This document shows positions 1 through 11,229 of a stretch of DNA of 64,000 bases, in pieces (position 1 is the stretch's first letter; each line of letters opens with the position of its first letter). The notes beneath the pieces are model-generated. The model saw only the letters and a program-made list of their open reading frames with translations. It made no database searches and was not told the DNA's origin. The stretch covers positions 1 to 64,000 of the forward strand of contig JALAGF010002361.1 in NCBI GenBank assembly GCA_030167865.1, in the 5' to 3' direction. The position numbers and the translations under genes were made by a program. Source of the stretch: Craspedostauros australis. Taxonomy: Eukaryota.

Positions 1-142
1 GGTGTAACACAACAAGGAGGGTGGAGCACGAATCATGATTATTGTTTGTTCAATTACCACAACTGTAGCGATTATTATAGAACTAAGACATGAGTCATGT
101 CGTGAGTCGAGATGGCCAGCGAAAAAGGGTTTGAAAAAAAAN

Positions 143-239
143 NNNNNNNNNNNNNNNNNNNNNNNNNNNNNNNNNNNNNNNNNNNNNNNNNNNNNNNNNN
201 NNNNNNNNNNNNNNNNNNNNNNNNNNNNNNNNNNNNNNN
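143..239. other. Assembly gap (N run)
   Basis: Run of N bases. Confidence 0.99.
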
Positions 240-290
240 CCAATTTGCGTGGGGACGCAAACTGAGCGTCCAATTTGCGTCCGGACGCAA
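240..290. repeat. 30-bp-period tandem repeat with palindromic core TTGCGT-N4-ACGCAA, abutting the gap
   Basis: CCAATTTGCGTGGGGACGCAA at 240-260 and CCAATTTGCGTCCGGACGCAA at 270-290. Confidence 0.8.
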
Positions 291-349
291 GCTACGTAGG
301 CCAGTACCAGGCCAAAATCATTATGGATATTATGGGCAATATAATGACA

Positions 350-2776
350 CTAGTTGTTTTTTAACGCATTTTCCCTCCCAGGGCCCACGTGAAAACTTAG
401 TCTGCACCCCTCACAACTAGTGTTATCGTTGGAAACTACTGATTTTCTGTTTGGGTCTGTTTCACTTCTTTCCATGGTATATCTCCCAGTGGTCACTACA
501 GATATAGACTCAACAGAAGCTACACATCCTGGTAACCCGTTTAGGTTTGGTTCCCTCTTTGCCAGAAAGTCTCGCATTTGCGCTTAGAAATGCACAGTAT
601 CGGCACGTTTTCGCTCATTCTCCTTTCACAATAACTTGCTCATGTTCTCCCTCCTCTCCCATTGATCTCGCTTCTGGGAGGGTGGGGACGTTTGTGCTCA
701 TTTTGTGCCTTGTCACTTTGAGTCTAGGTAGCTGCGAAGACGATCTTGTGTGTTAGGAATCGGGGGTACGACTTTGTCAATATACCCATGATTGCCGCAC
801 CTCCCGAAATTATCAATCACGACTGAATAAATCGGTGGCAACTTCCCATGCCCACATGCACCGTTCTCCCGCATTGGCATCGTCTGGGTATAGATGCATG
901 CCTGCTATCATCACAGAATTGTGGATGAGCTGTCATTGCATGATCTCTTCTGTTGCCATGGGACGTGGAGCTGTGTCATGTCTGTATATCGCTCTCGTTC
1001 CTCTGAACTCTGTGATCGGTGCGAATGTGACGTCAGCCGAGTAGGCGACCCGCTTGTCGGGGTTGAATCTATCTTCTTCTTCTGAATCGTCGCTGCTATG
1101 TTCATCAAAGATGCCCGTTCTGGTGTTCCTCGCTGGTGGAGGGGGCAGCGCCTTGCCGCCGTTCGTCTCATCGTTGGAGACATCTTCGTTCTCGTTGGGG
1201 CCTGCACCATTTGCATTCCCGGCGGCTTCGATCTCGATATTGATGGTCTCAGTTCCCATCTCAGCTGCGTTGCTGGATGGTTTGATGATGTCAGTCACGT
1301 TGAAGCAGTACTCGTAGCTAACTTCTCAACCTGGATTGACTTCGTGGATGATTGGCTTGTCACTGAGCCATGCTGGCATGACCTTGTTGTGTACTTCGTC
1401 GTCGTTTTCGAAGTGTTGGAAGTGATCGAATATTGATTCTTCGATGTTGTTGGATACCTCCATGCAGAGTGGCATGTCCATTTTAGAGAGTACCATCTTG
1501 TGGCCACTCTTCTCATCTTCCTCCTTCCCTGTGTTGACCTGTTCCTTGGCCTTCTTCTTTTCGTTGTACTTTTTCTTTTGGCACTCCGCCTCACGATGTC
1601 CAATGATGCCGCAGTAGTGGCATTTCCTGCTGAATCCACTTCCTCTGCTTTTGTTGTTTCTGTTCTTTTTGGTATTGTTGTTCTTCTTGTTGTTGTTCTT
1701 CTTCTTCTTTCACTTGGGACAATCCGCAGATCGATGCCCAGACACACCGCAGTTGTGGCAGGTTCCCTTGAAGTTTCCACTACTCGCAAGTCTGGTATTG
1801 TTGCTCTTCGTGTTGCTGTCCTGGAAGTCATCTACATACGCCTTCCCTCCTTGGTAAGTTGAGTATCCTGTGTGAAGGACTCCTTGAATCGAGTTGATGG
1901 TGACCAAGCTTGCGTTGAGTGTCATTTGGTACTCAAAGTTCTGCACGTGGTCATACTTGCTGCTCATGGTACTGAGGATCTGCATGATCATCTTGTCATC
2001 ACTGATCTTGTGTCCCACATCTTGAAGGTGGGAGCATAGCAGCTTAAGCCTTGTGATGTAGATGTCAGGGTTGGATCTCTTCTTCATCTTCTTGTTGTTG
2101 AATTGATGCTTGAGCTGCAGCTTTATCAATGCATCCATCAGCTTGAACTTCTCCGCAAGTAGTTCCCATGCCTCATTTGGATTCCCCTCAGGGTAATTGT
2201 GCTGATGCATTGATTGGTGTACTGGATGGTCTGCTTGCCCATTCCCTTCTCTGCATCCATTATGAGGATCAAGTTGCTGAAGCAGCTGACTGCCAGCTTG
2301 TACATCTCCTCCATCTTTTCCTTTGTTGTTCCTGTGGCCGTTGCGATCTTGCTCGCTGTTGGGATGTGTGTCTTTCCCAGCATCACATCTCTCATTCTCT
2401 GTGCACATGTGTATACCTTTGCTTGGGACTCCCAGGCAGCATTGTCTTCTTGACTTCCGCTGAACAACAGTGCCTTGATGCACCACTTGCTTGTACTGGC
2501 TGATGTTGCCATGATGTTTTGTGATTTTGTTGATGTCATGTGTGCGCTCGTGCTTTCTGCTTTTCTCTGTGTGATCACTTTTTCGGTTTCTGTTCGTGTT
2601 GTTTGTGCAGAGATGTTTTTCGTCACAATTTGCTCTCCTTGTGTTTCCTCGCTCTTCACAGGAAGTCCTGCTGTGGGAATACTCTTTGCCACATGATGTT
2701 GTCTTGCAGACCACTCCTCTTTGGTCTTGTTGATTGCACTTCCTTCTGTGCTAGAGAGGACAGTGGGTGCACCCAC
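350..2776 (-). mobile_element. Decayed Ty1/Copia (CoDi-like) LTR-retrotransposon gag ORF with long C-terminal extension; no pol domains recognised
   Basis: Gag N-terminus (LLFSGSQEDNAAWESQAK), then a frameshift into a UBN2/Retrotran_gag_2-like segment (GNPNEAWELLAEKFK...NPDIYITRLKLLCSHLQDVGHKISDDKMIMQIL). Two CCHC knuckles, CHNCGVSGHRSADC and CHYCGIIGHREAEC, lie in one frame separated by a TGA at 1710-1712. A further frame runs from ~1540 to 350, interrupted mostly by TGA stops. Confidence 0.85.
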
Positions 2777-2956
2777 TTCCTTCTGTGGTTGGATTGGAGC
2801 CTTGCTTGTGTCTCCTTCTCATTTGATAGTTGGGTTGGAGAGAGGGATGTCTTTCAATTCCTCCTCCTCGCTCATTCAGCCTTCTGCTCTCCTGAACATT
2901 GTTGTGTAGCTCACAATCTGATCTGCAGGCTTGCCCTGATCTATTGTTTATAAATG

Positions 2957-4750
2957 TGTTGGCAAGTTCTGCGCACGGATACTCTTGTGATTACGTACGA
3001 TGGTGTTGGTGGTGGTTATGATTCTGTTTGCTAGTCCATTACGTTGCTATTCCAATTCCGTCTTGGCGTCTCCCAATGCTCTCAGTATCTGTTGTTTGGC
3101 CCAACTATGAGTCAGCATGCGAGATGCTCTCTCATTATTTCTCAGATTCTTGCTCTCTCTCTCTCTCATGTGTTAGTGCTGTGCGATATTCCATATATGA
3201 TACGTACTCCATATTCAATGCGTATTCAGTCATCTTGTCCTTTGTTAGAACGTAATTGTGGATGGGTGTGAAGGATACTGCACCAAGAACGTAGAGTGAT
3301 CAAGTCATTGTTGTTGGTGAGGAGAGTGTTTGTTTACTGTATTATTTGTATGAGTAGTTGGAATGCGGGCGAGCTCACAAGATTGGTTTCTTGGAACTGT
3401 GAGAATGAGAGAGACATGACATGATCTCATGCAATTGCAAGTAAAATTAACACGGAGACAACACGACAAATGTGTGTGTTACTGCGTGAAGAAGAGTTTG
3501 CAAAAGTCAATGAACAAAACACTGTGATACCCTGTGTTGTGAATTATGTCTTCTCACAATGTTGCTAGTAGTACGATCACACGATTGATCGTATTCACTT
3601 GAGAAGGTCTTGGTAAGATTCGCACGTGTCGCACCCAAGATCCAAGTCTGTCCTGATTGGGCAGAGTGGTTCATCTTGGCAAGAAATCAATTTCCGCAAC
3701 TTTTTGGATCTGTGATTGACGGGAAAACGGTTCTTGCAACGCGAAATGTGACACAAATTTGACACAACGGATTTTCGACCAAAATTTCCGTTCGGAACGG
3801 AAAAAGTAAGAAAAGTGGAGATTTCTGATTGGTCGACAGGTGTTGCTATTGTTAGAGATTTAGCGTTGCACTAATATCCGTTACTGGCCTACTAGTTTGC
3901 ATGTAGTTCCCAATGTCTCATCTGAACTCCTCCTTGCATATCCACGATCTCAATGTCACTCTGGTCATCGAATCTTTGCCTTCTTGATCTGATGTGGAGA
4001 CAGCTGCCAATGTGGTGACACAAAGAAATCCTGTTGACATCAGCTGCTGCCTTCTATGGTCCTTCAGATTCCATATTCCATTGATGATGCAGTGGTCTGG
4101 CAAGGCTATTGTTATTTGAGGTTTAGTTGTGAAATACATTGATCCTTGCTTGATGTCATGCGTTTCTGTTGGTTGATGGACAGAATGGATTCCTGATGCT
4201 CTCAGAAATGATTGTTCACCTATTTCCTTCCAAAATTCTGAATGTTTTTATGTGACCAAATTTGTGATGTGATTTTGTTCAATCGCAGATCACTCATGAC
4301 AGGAACATTTGTGCCACTTGCACATAGAGTACAAGAGAACAATGGGTGAGCAATGCACATACACATATGAAGATTCTGACATGCATGTGTGCAAAGTAGG
4401 TGTGTGTATGTGGAGTGTGAGAAAGTGAATGCATTCTGCAGTACACAATGCAAACAGATCAACAAACAAAGAAAAGCAGACTTTTTGTGCTGGAACAAGG
4501 CATGTCTGTGCCAAAGTACTTGCCATGCCCTTTGCCCAGCAGCCTCCTGCTGCGTCTCATTCCATATTCGAAGCCAAGAAGTGGGAAACTCCCAGCATCT
4601 GTCCTGTCATCCTGACAGGTTGACTCAAAGGAATCCACATGTCAGTCTTGCGCATGATGCATCCTTTGTTGGTACCCAGTCGCAAGAACATGACGCACTG
4701 GTTGACGTCCCTCCAATGCTGACTGATACACACCAGAACATCATCGTCAA
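2957..4750. mobile_element. Degenerate TE-derived sequence (possible 5' LTR starting TGTTGG at 2957, plus unidentified remnants)
   Basis: Low GC, TG/CA-rich, largely CpG-poor, no credible ORF, directly upstream of the gag. LTR boundaries and PBS could not be fixed. Confidence 0.4.
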
Positions 4751-5719
4751 ATGAGACGTCGCACTACGCGGTCCGTGCCAGCCGTGGCGAGCTCAACTCG
4801 TGTCGTAGGCCCAGTATTCTCACAGCCTCTTCAGGCTGTTCCTTCGGATTGCTCAGTAAGAGCGGACGAGTCAATGATAAACCAAACTGCCCCGGTGGGA
4901 AAAGGCATGGAATCGAAGGGAAACTTAGGATTATGGGCACAGGGCACAAGGCCTTACATCGCTCGTGGTCTACTCTGTTCCACAGGATGCAGCTGCTAGT
5001 GCCCTGTCTAACGCCTCAATAACCGGTAATAACGTCTGCGTCTCCTTGAGAACATCATGGAACCTTCGATATTTACGACGGGTTTTGTGTTCTTGGATCC
5101 ACGTGACTGCTATGTTTACATAGTCTGATCCGTAAAACTCAAAGTCGGGCCTAACTCAAAAATGTAACGGTTAATAATGTATAAGGAGATTATAAGGATT
5201 AAGAATATGTGCTTGGTTTGGATATCGCGGATCTAAAGTTAGAGTGCATATTTCAAAGTGCAGGCCGACTCGTTCGAGGGGCTGGGAGTCTTGACGTCAC
5301 CAATTTATCGTGCAGTACCTACACGCGCAGCCGCAAGGGCGAATGGAGCGCACAAGAGGGAGAGGCAGACACAGAGGCTATCGTTGTTGTTGGTTGTGTT
5401 CCTATGGTGTTATGTTATGTTTGTGCATGGTATTGTGTGGTATGGTATTGTATGTAGTGATTGTATGGTAAACAGTTGGGAATGCCCTCGTGTGTGTGTG
5501 GATAAAAATCGATGTCGTCGTGCTCTCCGCTGCGCCGAGGGGAGAAGCAGTTGTTGCAAACCTGCCGTGGTGCCCTTGTGCCAACTGTCAAAACTGTTTT
5601 CGCGAGGTTGGTCCGGTGTGCTGGATGCTTAGTACTCGATGGGGTATATATGATACAGGCTCTGCAAGACCTCGTCCTCGTTTGTCTATTCCCGCGTTGG
5701 CTGCTGCTCAAAAATGCGC

Positions 5720-7996
5720 TCAGGCGCTGCCGCTGTAAGGATACGGCTGCGTGGAAGGCTGCATGGGTTGGTGCTGCGGGGATGGCGGGTACGCCGGTTG
5801 GCTCTGGGTGTGGTACTGGTTGTGGCCTGTGTGATGGTGGTTGTGGCTCTCGTGGTGAGCATGAGCCTCTTGATGAGTCTGATGGTATTGCTGCGGTGGT
5901 GCATGCGGTGGGATCACTGCTGGAGCAGGTGCTGGTGCGTGATGCGGTGGGGCATGCTGGTGATGGGTTGTTGGGGCATGGCCGTGCGCATGCGCATGTT
6001 CATGCGGGTGAGAGTGCGGGCGCTGCTGCTGAGGCGGAGGTGGGCCAGTCGGGTGCTGCTGCGCTGGCTGCTGCTGCATCACTGGTTGATGTGCGCCGAC
6101 CTCGTTGGGGCTGTGGCTGTTGCTGCGTTGGCGGGCATGGTGTCCATGTGCATGGGCATGTGGGTGTGCCTGCTGCGGTGGTGCCTGATGGTGATGTTGC
6201 TGCGGATGCGCATGCGCTGGTGGTTGATGGGGCCTTGGTGCAGGGACAGGTGCCTGCTGCGGTGGAGCCTGCTGCTGCATCTGCGGAGCCGCTGGCGGTG
6301 TGGCGGAGGGCGCCTTCGGCATGTGCATGCTGTAGTTCTGCCCATTCTGGGCGGCGAGCGACTGGAGGATGCTGCGGAGCTGCTGGTGTCCGAGCGCCGT
6401 TGCTGCCGCAAATCCTGCGGCGAACTGGGAGGCCGCGGAGGAGGCCTGGTATGCGGCAGCCGCTGCGTTCGGGATGCCAGTCGGCGTGACGCCCATGGCT
6501 GGACTGCCGGTCCCGGTGCCGCTGCTGGGGGCCATGTTTGGTGGGATGGGGGTGGGCGAGTCGGAGGGTGGAGATGGCGGCGGGCTGAACTCGGAGAGGT
6601 GGTTTGCCGTGTGGCTGCTGAGGTACTGCTGGGCGTAGTTGTTGGAAGGGTTTGAAGGGGCTTCGCCAACCTTGCCTTCGGACAGGAACTGGTTCATCTC
6701 CATGATCTGGGAGTCGGGCGCCACGATGGTTGGCTGGAAGCTGTTGTCGTTGTGTGACTGGGAAGGCGCATCCGGACGGCTGCCATGAGGGGCTCCGGTG
6801 CTGGCACCTGCGTGGCCCGTGAAGGCGTGGATGGGTGTGGGATTCATGTTGACGTTGGCATACGGCAGGGGGTTGGGCGTGGCTTGAGCGCCTGCGGGTT
6901 GCTGCACTCCATTCATGTCCATGCCGCTGGAGAAGGCGCCGAGGTAGATGGGCATGCGGGCCTTTGGTCCGCCCTGCAGGGTGCACTGCAGCAGGACGCT
7001 GTCGTCGTCCGCCTTTTCTGGGATTGGATGCTCCTCGGAGATCTTGTAGAGGTCGGGTTCGTGTTCGGGATCAGCGGCCTGCTTCTCGGAGACGCCCGGT
7101 CTCTTCATCATCTTGCAAAGATGCGGGAGGCCCCTGAGGAACATCTCGTGGTAGTACGAGTTCCTGTCCCTGCCTTGCGTGATGCGTCGAAAGCCCCATC
7201 CGTTGGCCTGGCGGATGAAGGAGGAGAACTTGGCGTGCTCGAAGTAGGTCGGGATGACGCGGATCTCGAACTCGCGTGGCTTGAGCACCCTCCACGATCT
7301 GCCATGCGGCATCCAGGAGACGACATCTGCCAGATCTGGCCTGCTGAGGATGGCGTGCATCTTGGCGACAAAGTTGGGCACTCTGCCTGGCTGGGTGAGT
7401 GGCGTCAGAGGGTCTGGATCTTGGTGGAACGAGAAGTTCCTGTAGAAGAAGTATGGGTATGGCTTGAGCACCTTCTCCACGTTGCCATCTGTGCCAGTGC
7501 TGCATCCAGCGCTGCTGCCGTTGCTGCTGCCTGATGCGTTGCCCTTCTTGGTCGCCTTGGGTGGTGCTGAGGATGCAGCTGCCACTGCTGCCGCGGCAGC
7601 TGCGCCGGCTCCAGCTGGCGCCTGCATGACTGCATGCTGTTGGTGGTTGTGGCCGTGGCCGTGGTTGTGGTTGTGCAGTTGCTGGCCGTTAGTGGGTGCA
7701 GCCGTGTATGGGGTTGGGATGGGGGCTCCTTGCACTTGCAGTTGAAGCGGAATTGGAGACGGCGTTGGTGGTGTTCCTATTGGTGTTGTGTTTGTGGTTG
7801 ACTGTGTTGACGGCGCTTGATGTTGCTGTTGGTGGGGTTCGGCAAGACGGAACTTTGTGGTGGGAGGTGCGCTGGTGTGATCCAGATCGATGGCGTCTCG
7901 AGAACGCTTAGTTCCGCTGGATGAGGAGCCATCGACTGCCAGTGCTGCGACGGCGCTTGCTGCCGCTCGTTCTTCGATGCTGTGAGGGTGTTCCAT
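5720..7996 (-). CDS. HSF: Heat shock transcription factor (HSF DNA-binding domain), ~758 aa, with Q/H/P-rich C-terminus
   Basis: HSF DBD: NFVAKMHAILS...VVSWMPHGRSWRVL...YFEHAKFSSFIRQANGWGFRRI...YYHEMFLRGLPHL. ATG at 7996 (MEHPHS) preferred over the non-ATG start at 8290. Confidence 0.95.
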   Translation of the reverse strand: MEHPHSIEERAAASAVAALAVDGSSSSGTKRSRDAIDLDHTSAPPTTKFRLAEPHQQQHQAPSTQSTTNTTPIGTPPTPSPIPLQLQVQGAPIPTPYTAAPTNGQQLHNHNHGHGHNHQQHAVMQAPAGAGAAAAAAVAAASSAPPKATKKGNASGSSNGSSAGCSTGTDGNVEKVLKPYPYFFYRNFSFHQDPDPLTPLTQPGRVPNFVAKMHAILSRPDLADVVSWMPHGRSWRVLKPREFEIRVIPTYFEHAKFSSFIRQANGWGFRRITQGRDRNSYYHEMFLRGLPHLCKMMKRPGVSEKQAADPEHEPDLYKISEEHPIPEKADDDSVLLQCTLQGGPKARMPIYLGAFSSGMDMNGVQQPAGAQATPNPLPYANVNMNPTPIHAFTGHAGASTGAPHGSRPDAPSQSHNDNSFQPTIVAPDSQIMEMNQFLSEGKVGEAPSNPSNNYAQQYLSSHTANHLSEFSPPPSPPSDSPTPIPPNMAPSSGTGTGSPAMGVTPTGIPNAAAAAYQASSAASQFAAGFAAATALGHQQLRSILQSLAAQNGQNYSMHMPKAPSATPPAAPQMQQQAPPQQAPVPAPRPHQPPAHAHPQQHHHQAPPQQAHPHAHAHGHHARQRSNSHSPNEVGAHQPVMQQQPAQQHPTGPPPPQQQRPHSHPHEHAHAHGHAPTTHHQHAPPHHAPAPAPAVIPPHAPPQQYHQTHQEAHAHHESHNHHHTGHNQYHTQSQPAYPPSPQHQPMQPSTQPYPYSGSA

Positions 7997-8376
7997 TGTC
8001 TCTCTGTGTGTTGTTTGTTGTTGTTGTTGTTGCTCTTGTTGCTCTTGTGTGTTTGTGTTAGTGCTCCCTTGGACGGAGTGTGGCTCTGGCGGAGATGATT
8101 GGTTTTGATGATGAACTTGAGATTTGAGGTTTGAGGTGGCGTTTGTGCTTGCGCTTGCGTTTGTTTTGTGCGTGGTTGGGGTGGGTGACGATTTGTCCTG
8201 TTTTGGGATTGTGAGCACAACGAGGCCAACAGGAAATGGAGACGGAAACGAGGAAACCAAAAACACGCAGAGGCGCTGCTTGTTGGACACAGCGGGAGAC
8301 GGACGACGTATCTTTCCGTACTTGTTCTACTTTCATGCGGATGCGAAAGAAACCGTTTGTCTGGGATAGGCGGGTG

Positions 8377-8493
8377 GACGTCAGCTGCTGACGTCGATGC
8401 GAGACCTGTGACATGTTTCTTCTGCACGATCGACTATTTAATCCTACGTGTGTCTTTAAGTAACGCGTGTCGAACGATGCGCGCTGACGTCGA
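8377..8493. promoter_or_regulatory. Cluster of three TGACGT (bZIP/aureochrome-type) elements upstream of HSF
   Basis: Perfect palindrome GACGTCAGC-T-GCTGACGTC at 8377-8395 and a repeat of GCTGACGTCGA at 8483-8493. Confidence 0.45.
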
Positions 8494-8822
8494 AATTTCT
8501 GCTTCAACTATCAACGAACACACCTCGACCTCATTGGCCTAAAATGGGTTCCATTTTGTATTACCGCACAGCAAAGGCCCAAATGTCTCTGTGGCTTCTT
8601 CTCACTTTTTCGGAAGACAGGAACTGGGACGCTGAGCAGAGAGTGGAGAGACAAACACAGAAACAGAGCAAGACAGGTTGAGACGAGATTGCAACAGGCC
8701 AAGACCACCCACGGAACATGCTGGGCTTCCAACGACAACTCTACTGGTGAACCGACGAACTACGCATACTACCTGCGTTTCCATGCGCGATGAAGAGACG
8801 TAGATGATTGATGAGGAGGTGA

Positions 8823-8843
8823 AGAGAGAGAGAGAGAGAGAGA
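8823..8843. repeat. (AG)n microsatellite
   Basis: Direct reading. Similar AG tracts at ~19713-19732 and ~50764-50789. Confidence 0.9.
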
Positions 8844-11229
8844 CAACTGGAATGCCAGTCTTCCTCAACATCTCGTACGTATGTTTGGAAGCCACAAAGG
8901 GCGGTTCGAAATTGAGCACGTGCTAATGGACGCTGCGGTCATTGCGGAGAACATGGGAGGAAGGTTGGAGGTGGACGTGGAGCTGAAGTGAAACTCAGGA
9001 CAGCACCATCGTGGTGGAAACTCACAGAGAAAACAGTAGGAGGAGCGCAGAAACTGCCCTCGGTCGATTTGGCCGCCCAGTCAGCACCCTCCACCACGTT
9101 GTGTCCAACGACATCGATAGCCAATGGCCAAACGGAGCACGAGTTGCGATACTCCACGGTGCATTTCCATTCGACGTGTAAGGACACGCCACGTAGCAAA
9201 CTGCAACACAAGAGCTATTGTAATAGAGAAACATGAGTGGAAAGCATGTCTGCTACTCCTAGTTTTTGCACGAGTATAGTTTCCGATTGCACGTACATAG
9301 AATAGGTCGTACGAATACAGTAGAACCAAGGACAAACTCTGATGTACATTCGCACCAATGCGATCGTTCTTGGTCTGCATCCTTGTCGGGCCAACCGCGC
9401 CATACAAGATCCATTGTCGCAACATGTGGCCTCGGCATCACAGAGCAGCTCCTCCGTGTTCAAAACCAAACAGAGGAACATGACAAGTAGCAATCTCCAC
9501 AGTAGTATCATTGGGAGCACGATGAGAGCGAAGTGGACTGTTCTGGTCTGGCCATGACTCAGTGGTATACTGGTATGTCTGTGAACTTGAGACCATCTCA
9601 GCGAACGTTCCCTCCCATTGGCGCATCGTCAATGAGCTTGGTAAGGCCACGCTAGATACCACCAGCCGGTACCTTGGCCTGTTGAATCCCGCTGCGAGAT
9701 CCAAATTTGGCACGACTCTAAGCACACTCGAATCATCCCGAACGTGCAGCGAGCGTATCGGTGTCAGCATCAGCTCGCTCTTCTCGTACGTATGTCGTGA
9801 TACGTGAGCTGCCCAAGAGATCGCCAAGCGCTTTGGCTGATAGCAGCATCGTGGGTGCAGAGAGGCGTCGCATGCAGCGCAAAGCACGCGATCTCCCGAG
9901 ACAGCGAGGTTGAACAGTGCAACGTCACCAAGATTACACAATCACCAGGATGACGCCATCCAGTCACCTGGCGTGCGCATAGTACCGTACCATACGATTC
10001 CCACAGACCCGCAAATACTCATGACTCGCAGAGGCCTTGATGTTTCAATCCCTTGTGTGAAAAACGAAATCAAACGCACGTCACCATCATCAACGTCTGT
10101 GCCTCGTTTGATGTTGACAACTGTTTGCGAGTTCGTCGACGCATGAGTAAGAGGACTCATACGTCCGCGGACGAGTACCAGACTAGTGCCCCGCAACGTG
10201 TCCAACTTCCAAGTCAACCCTCCGACCTTTTCACGTCCATGATGACGTCAATCAAAACTTCAACTTCCCTCTTGACACGCATCCATCACAAGCCACGCGA
10301 ATCCAGGTTGCCCCATCTCACAAGTTCCAGAAGCATCTCCTCCTTGTCATGTTGGAGGATCTCCAATCTTGATCCCATCCCCTCCAACCTTCATCGATTC
10401 ACCTGCCATCCATCTCGGTTGCCTCTTCTTTGCTTCGGTTCTCGTCTTGCAAACACAGACGCTCTCTTTCGTTGCGAGTGCTCCTTCCCTCCTTCCTCCG
10501 TTCACTGCGTGTGTCTGCAACTTTGTCCCTCTAGGAGGATGATCGATCACTTGCGACCGCGTCCCAATCAGAAGTTGAACATAGTATTGTGTCGTACGTA
10601 TCGTTCCATATCCCATCGTTTCGCATCCCATTCCAACCCTTTCACGCTTTCCATACCCAAGAAAAGAAGGAGAAGAAGCCGCAACCAACATTGCGAGACT
10701 ATCATGATCTTCATCAATCCAATCGGACCAAATTCGAATCGGGAAAGGGTTGATGTCATGTTTCCGCGTCATCTTGGCAGTATCCGCCTTTCGGTCAATA
10801 GGAAAAGAAACTCGGTTATCGCCTCCATCACTTCAACAGCATCCGCAACGTCACTCCGGCTGACGCCACCTCCACCCACGTCTTCATCTTCGTCCTCATT
10901 CATTCTCTATCCTCGTAGGTGTAGTGTTCTGTCGTTCTGGCCAACTCTACGAGCATGTCCTAGTATCGTAGCCTGATGCCAGTCCGCAGCCGCAATAGAA
11001 TAGGGTGGTAGTGTTGGGGCTGACGGCGGTGGTGGTGGTGATTGAGGAAGATGCTGCTGTGGTGGTTGAAGGATGTGTCACACTGGTGTCGTCTTTCCGC
11101 ACCGCGCATTTGTTTGCATGAGTATTGGTACATACAGGATGGTATATTCATTCATGTCGCAAGTATCATGTCCATGCCACAGATGCAAACATGTGTTGCA
11201 TCGCGCTGATCATCTGTTGTGTCCGAATA

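Noticed and set aside
240-290. CRISPR-like palindromic repeats
   Set aside because: Only two units with a ~9-bp spacer, eukaryotic context, no cas genes.
4928-4943. GGATTATGGGCACAGG resembling a Copia primer-binding site (GGTTATGGGCCCAG)
   Set aside because: Imperfect match, no adjacent LTR end and no downstream gag.
5512-7534. Long plus-strand ORFs (325, 313, 249 aa)
   Set aside because: Antisense shadows of the GC-rich HSF coding sequence.
9438-10976. Minus-strand frame 10217-9438 with one internal TGA, and plus-strand ORF 10053-10976
   Set aside because: No recognisable domain and non-coding-like composition; cannot support a gene, pseudogene or selenoprotein.
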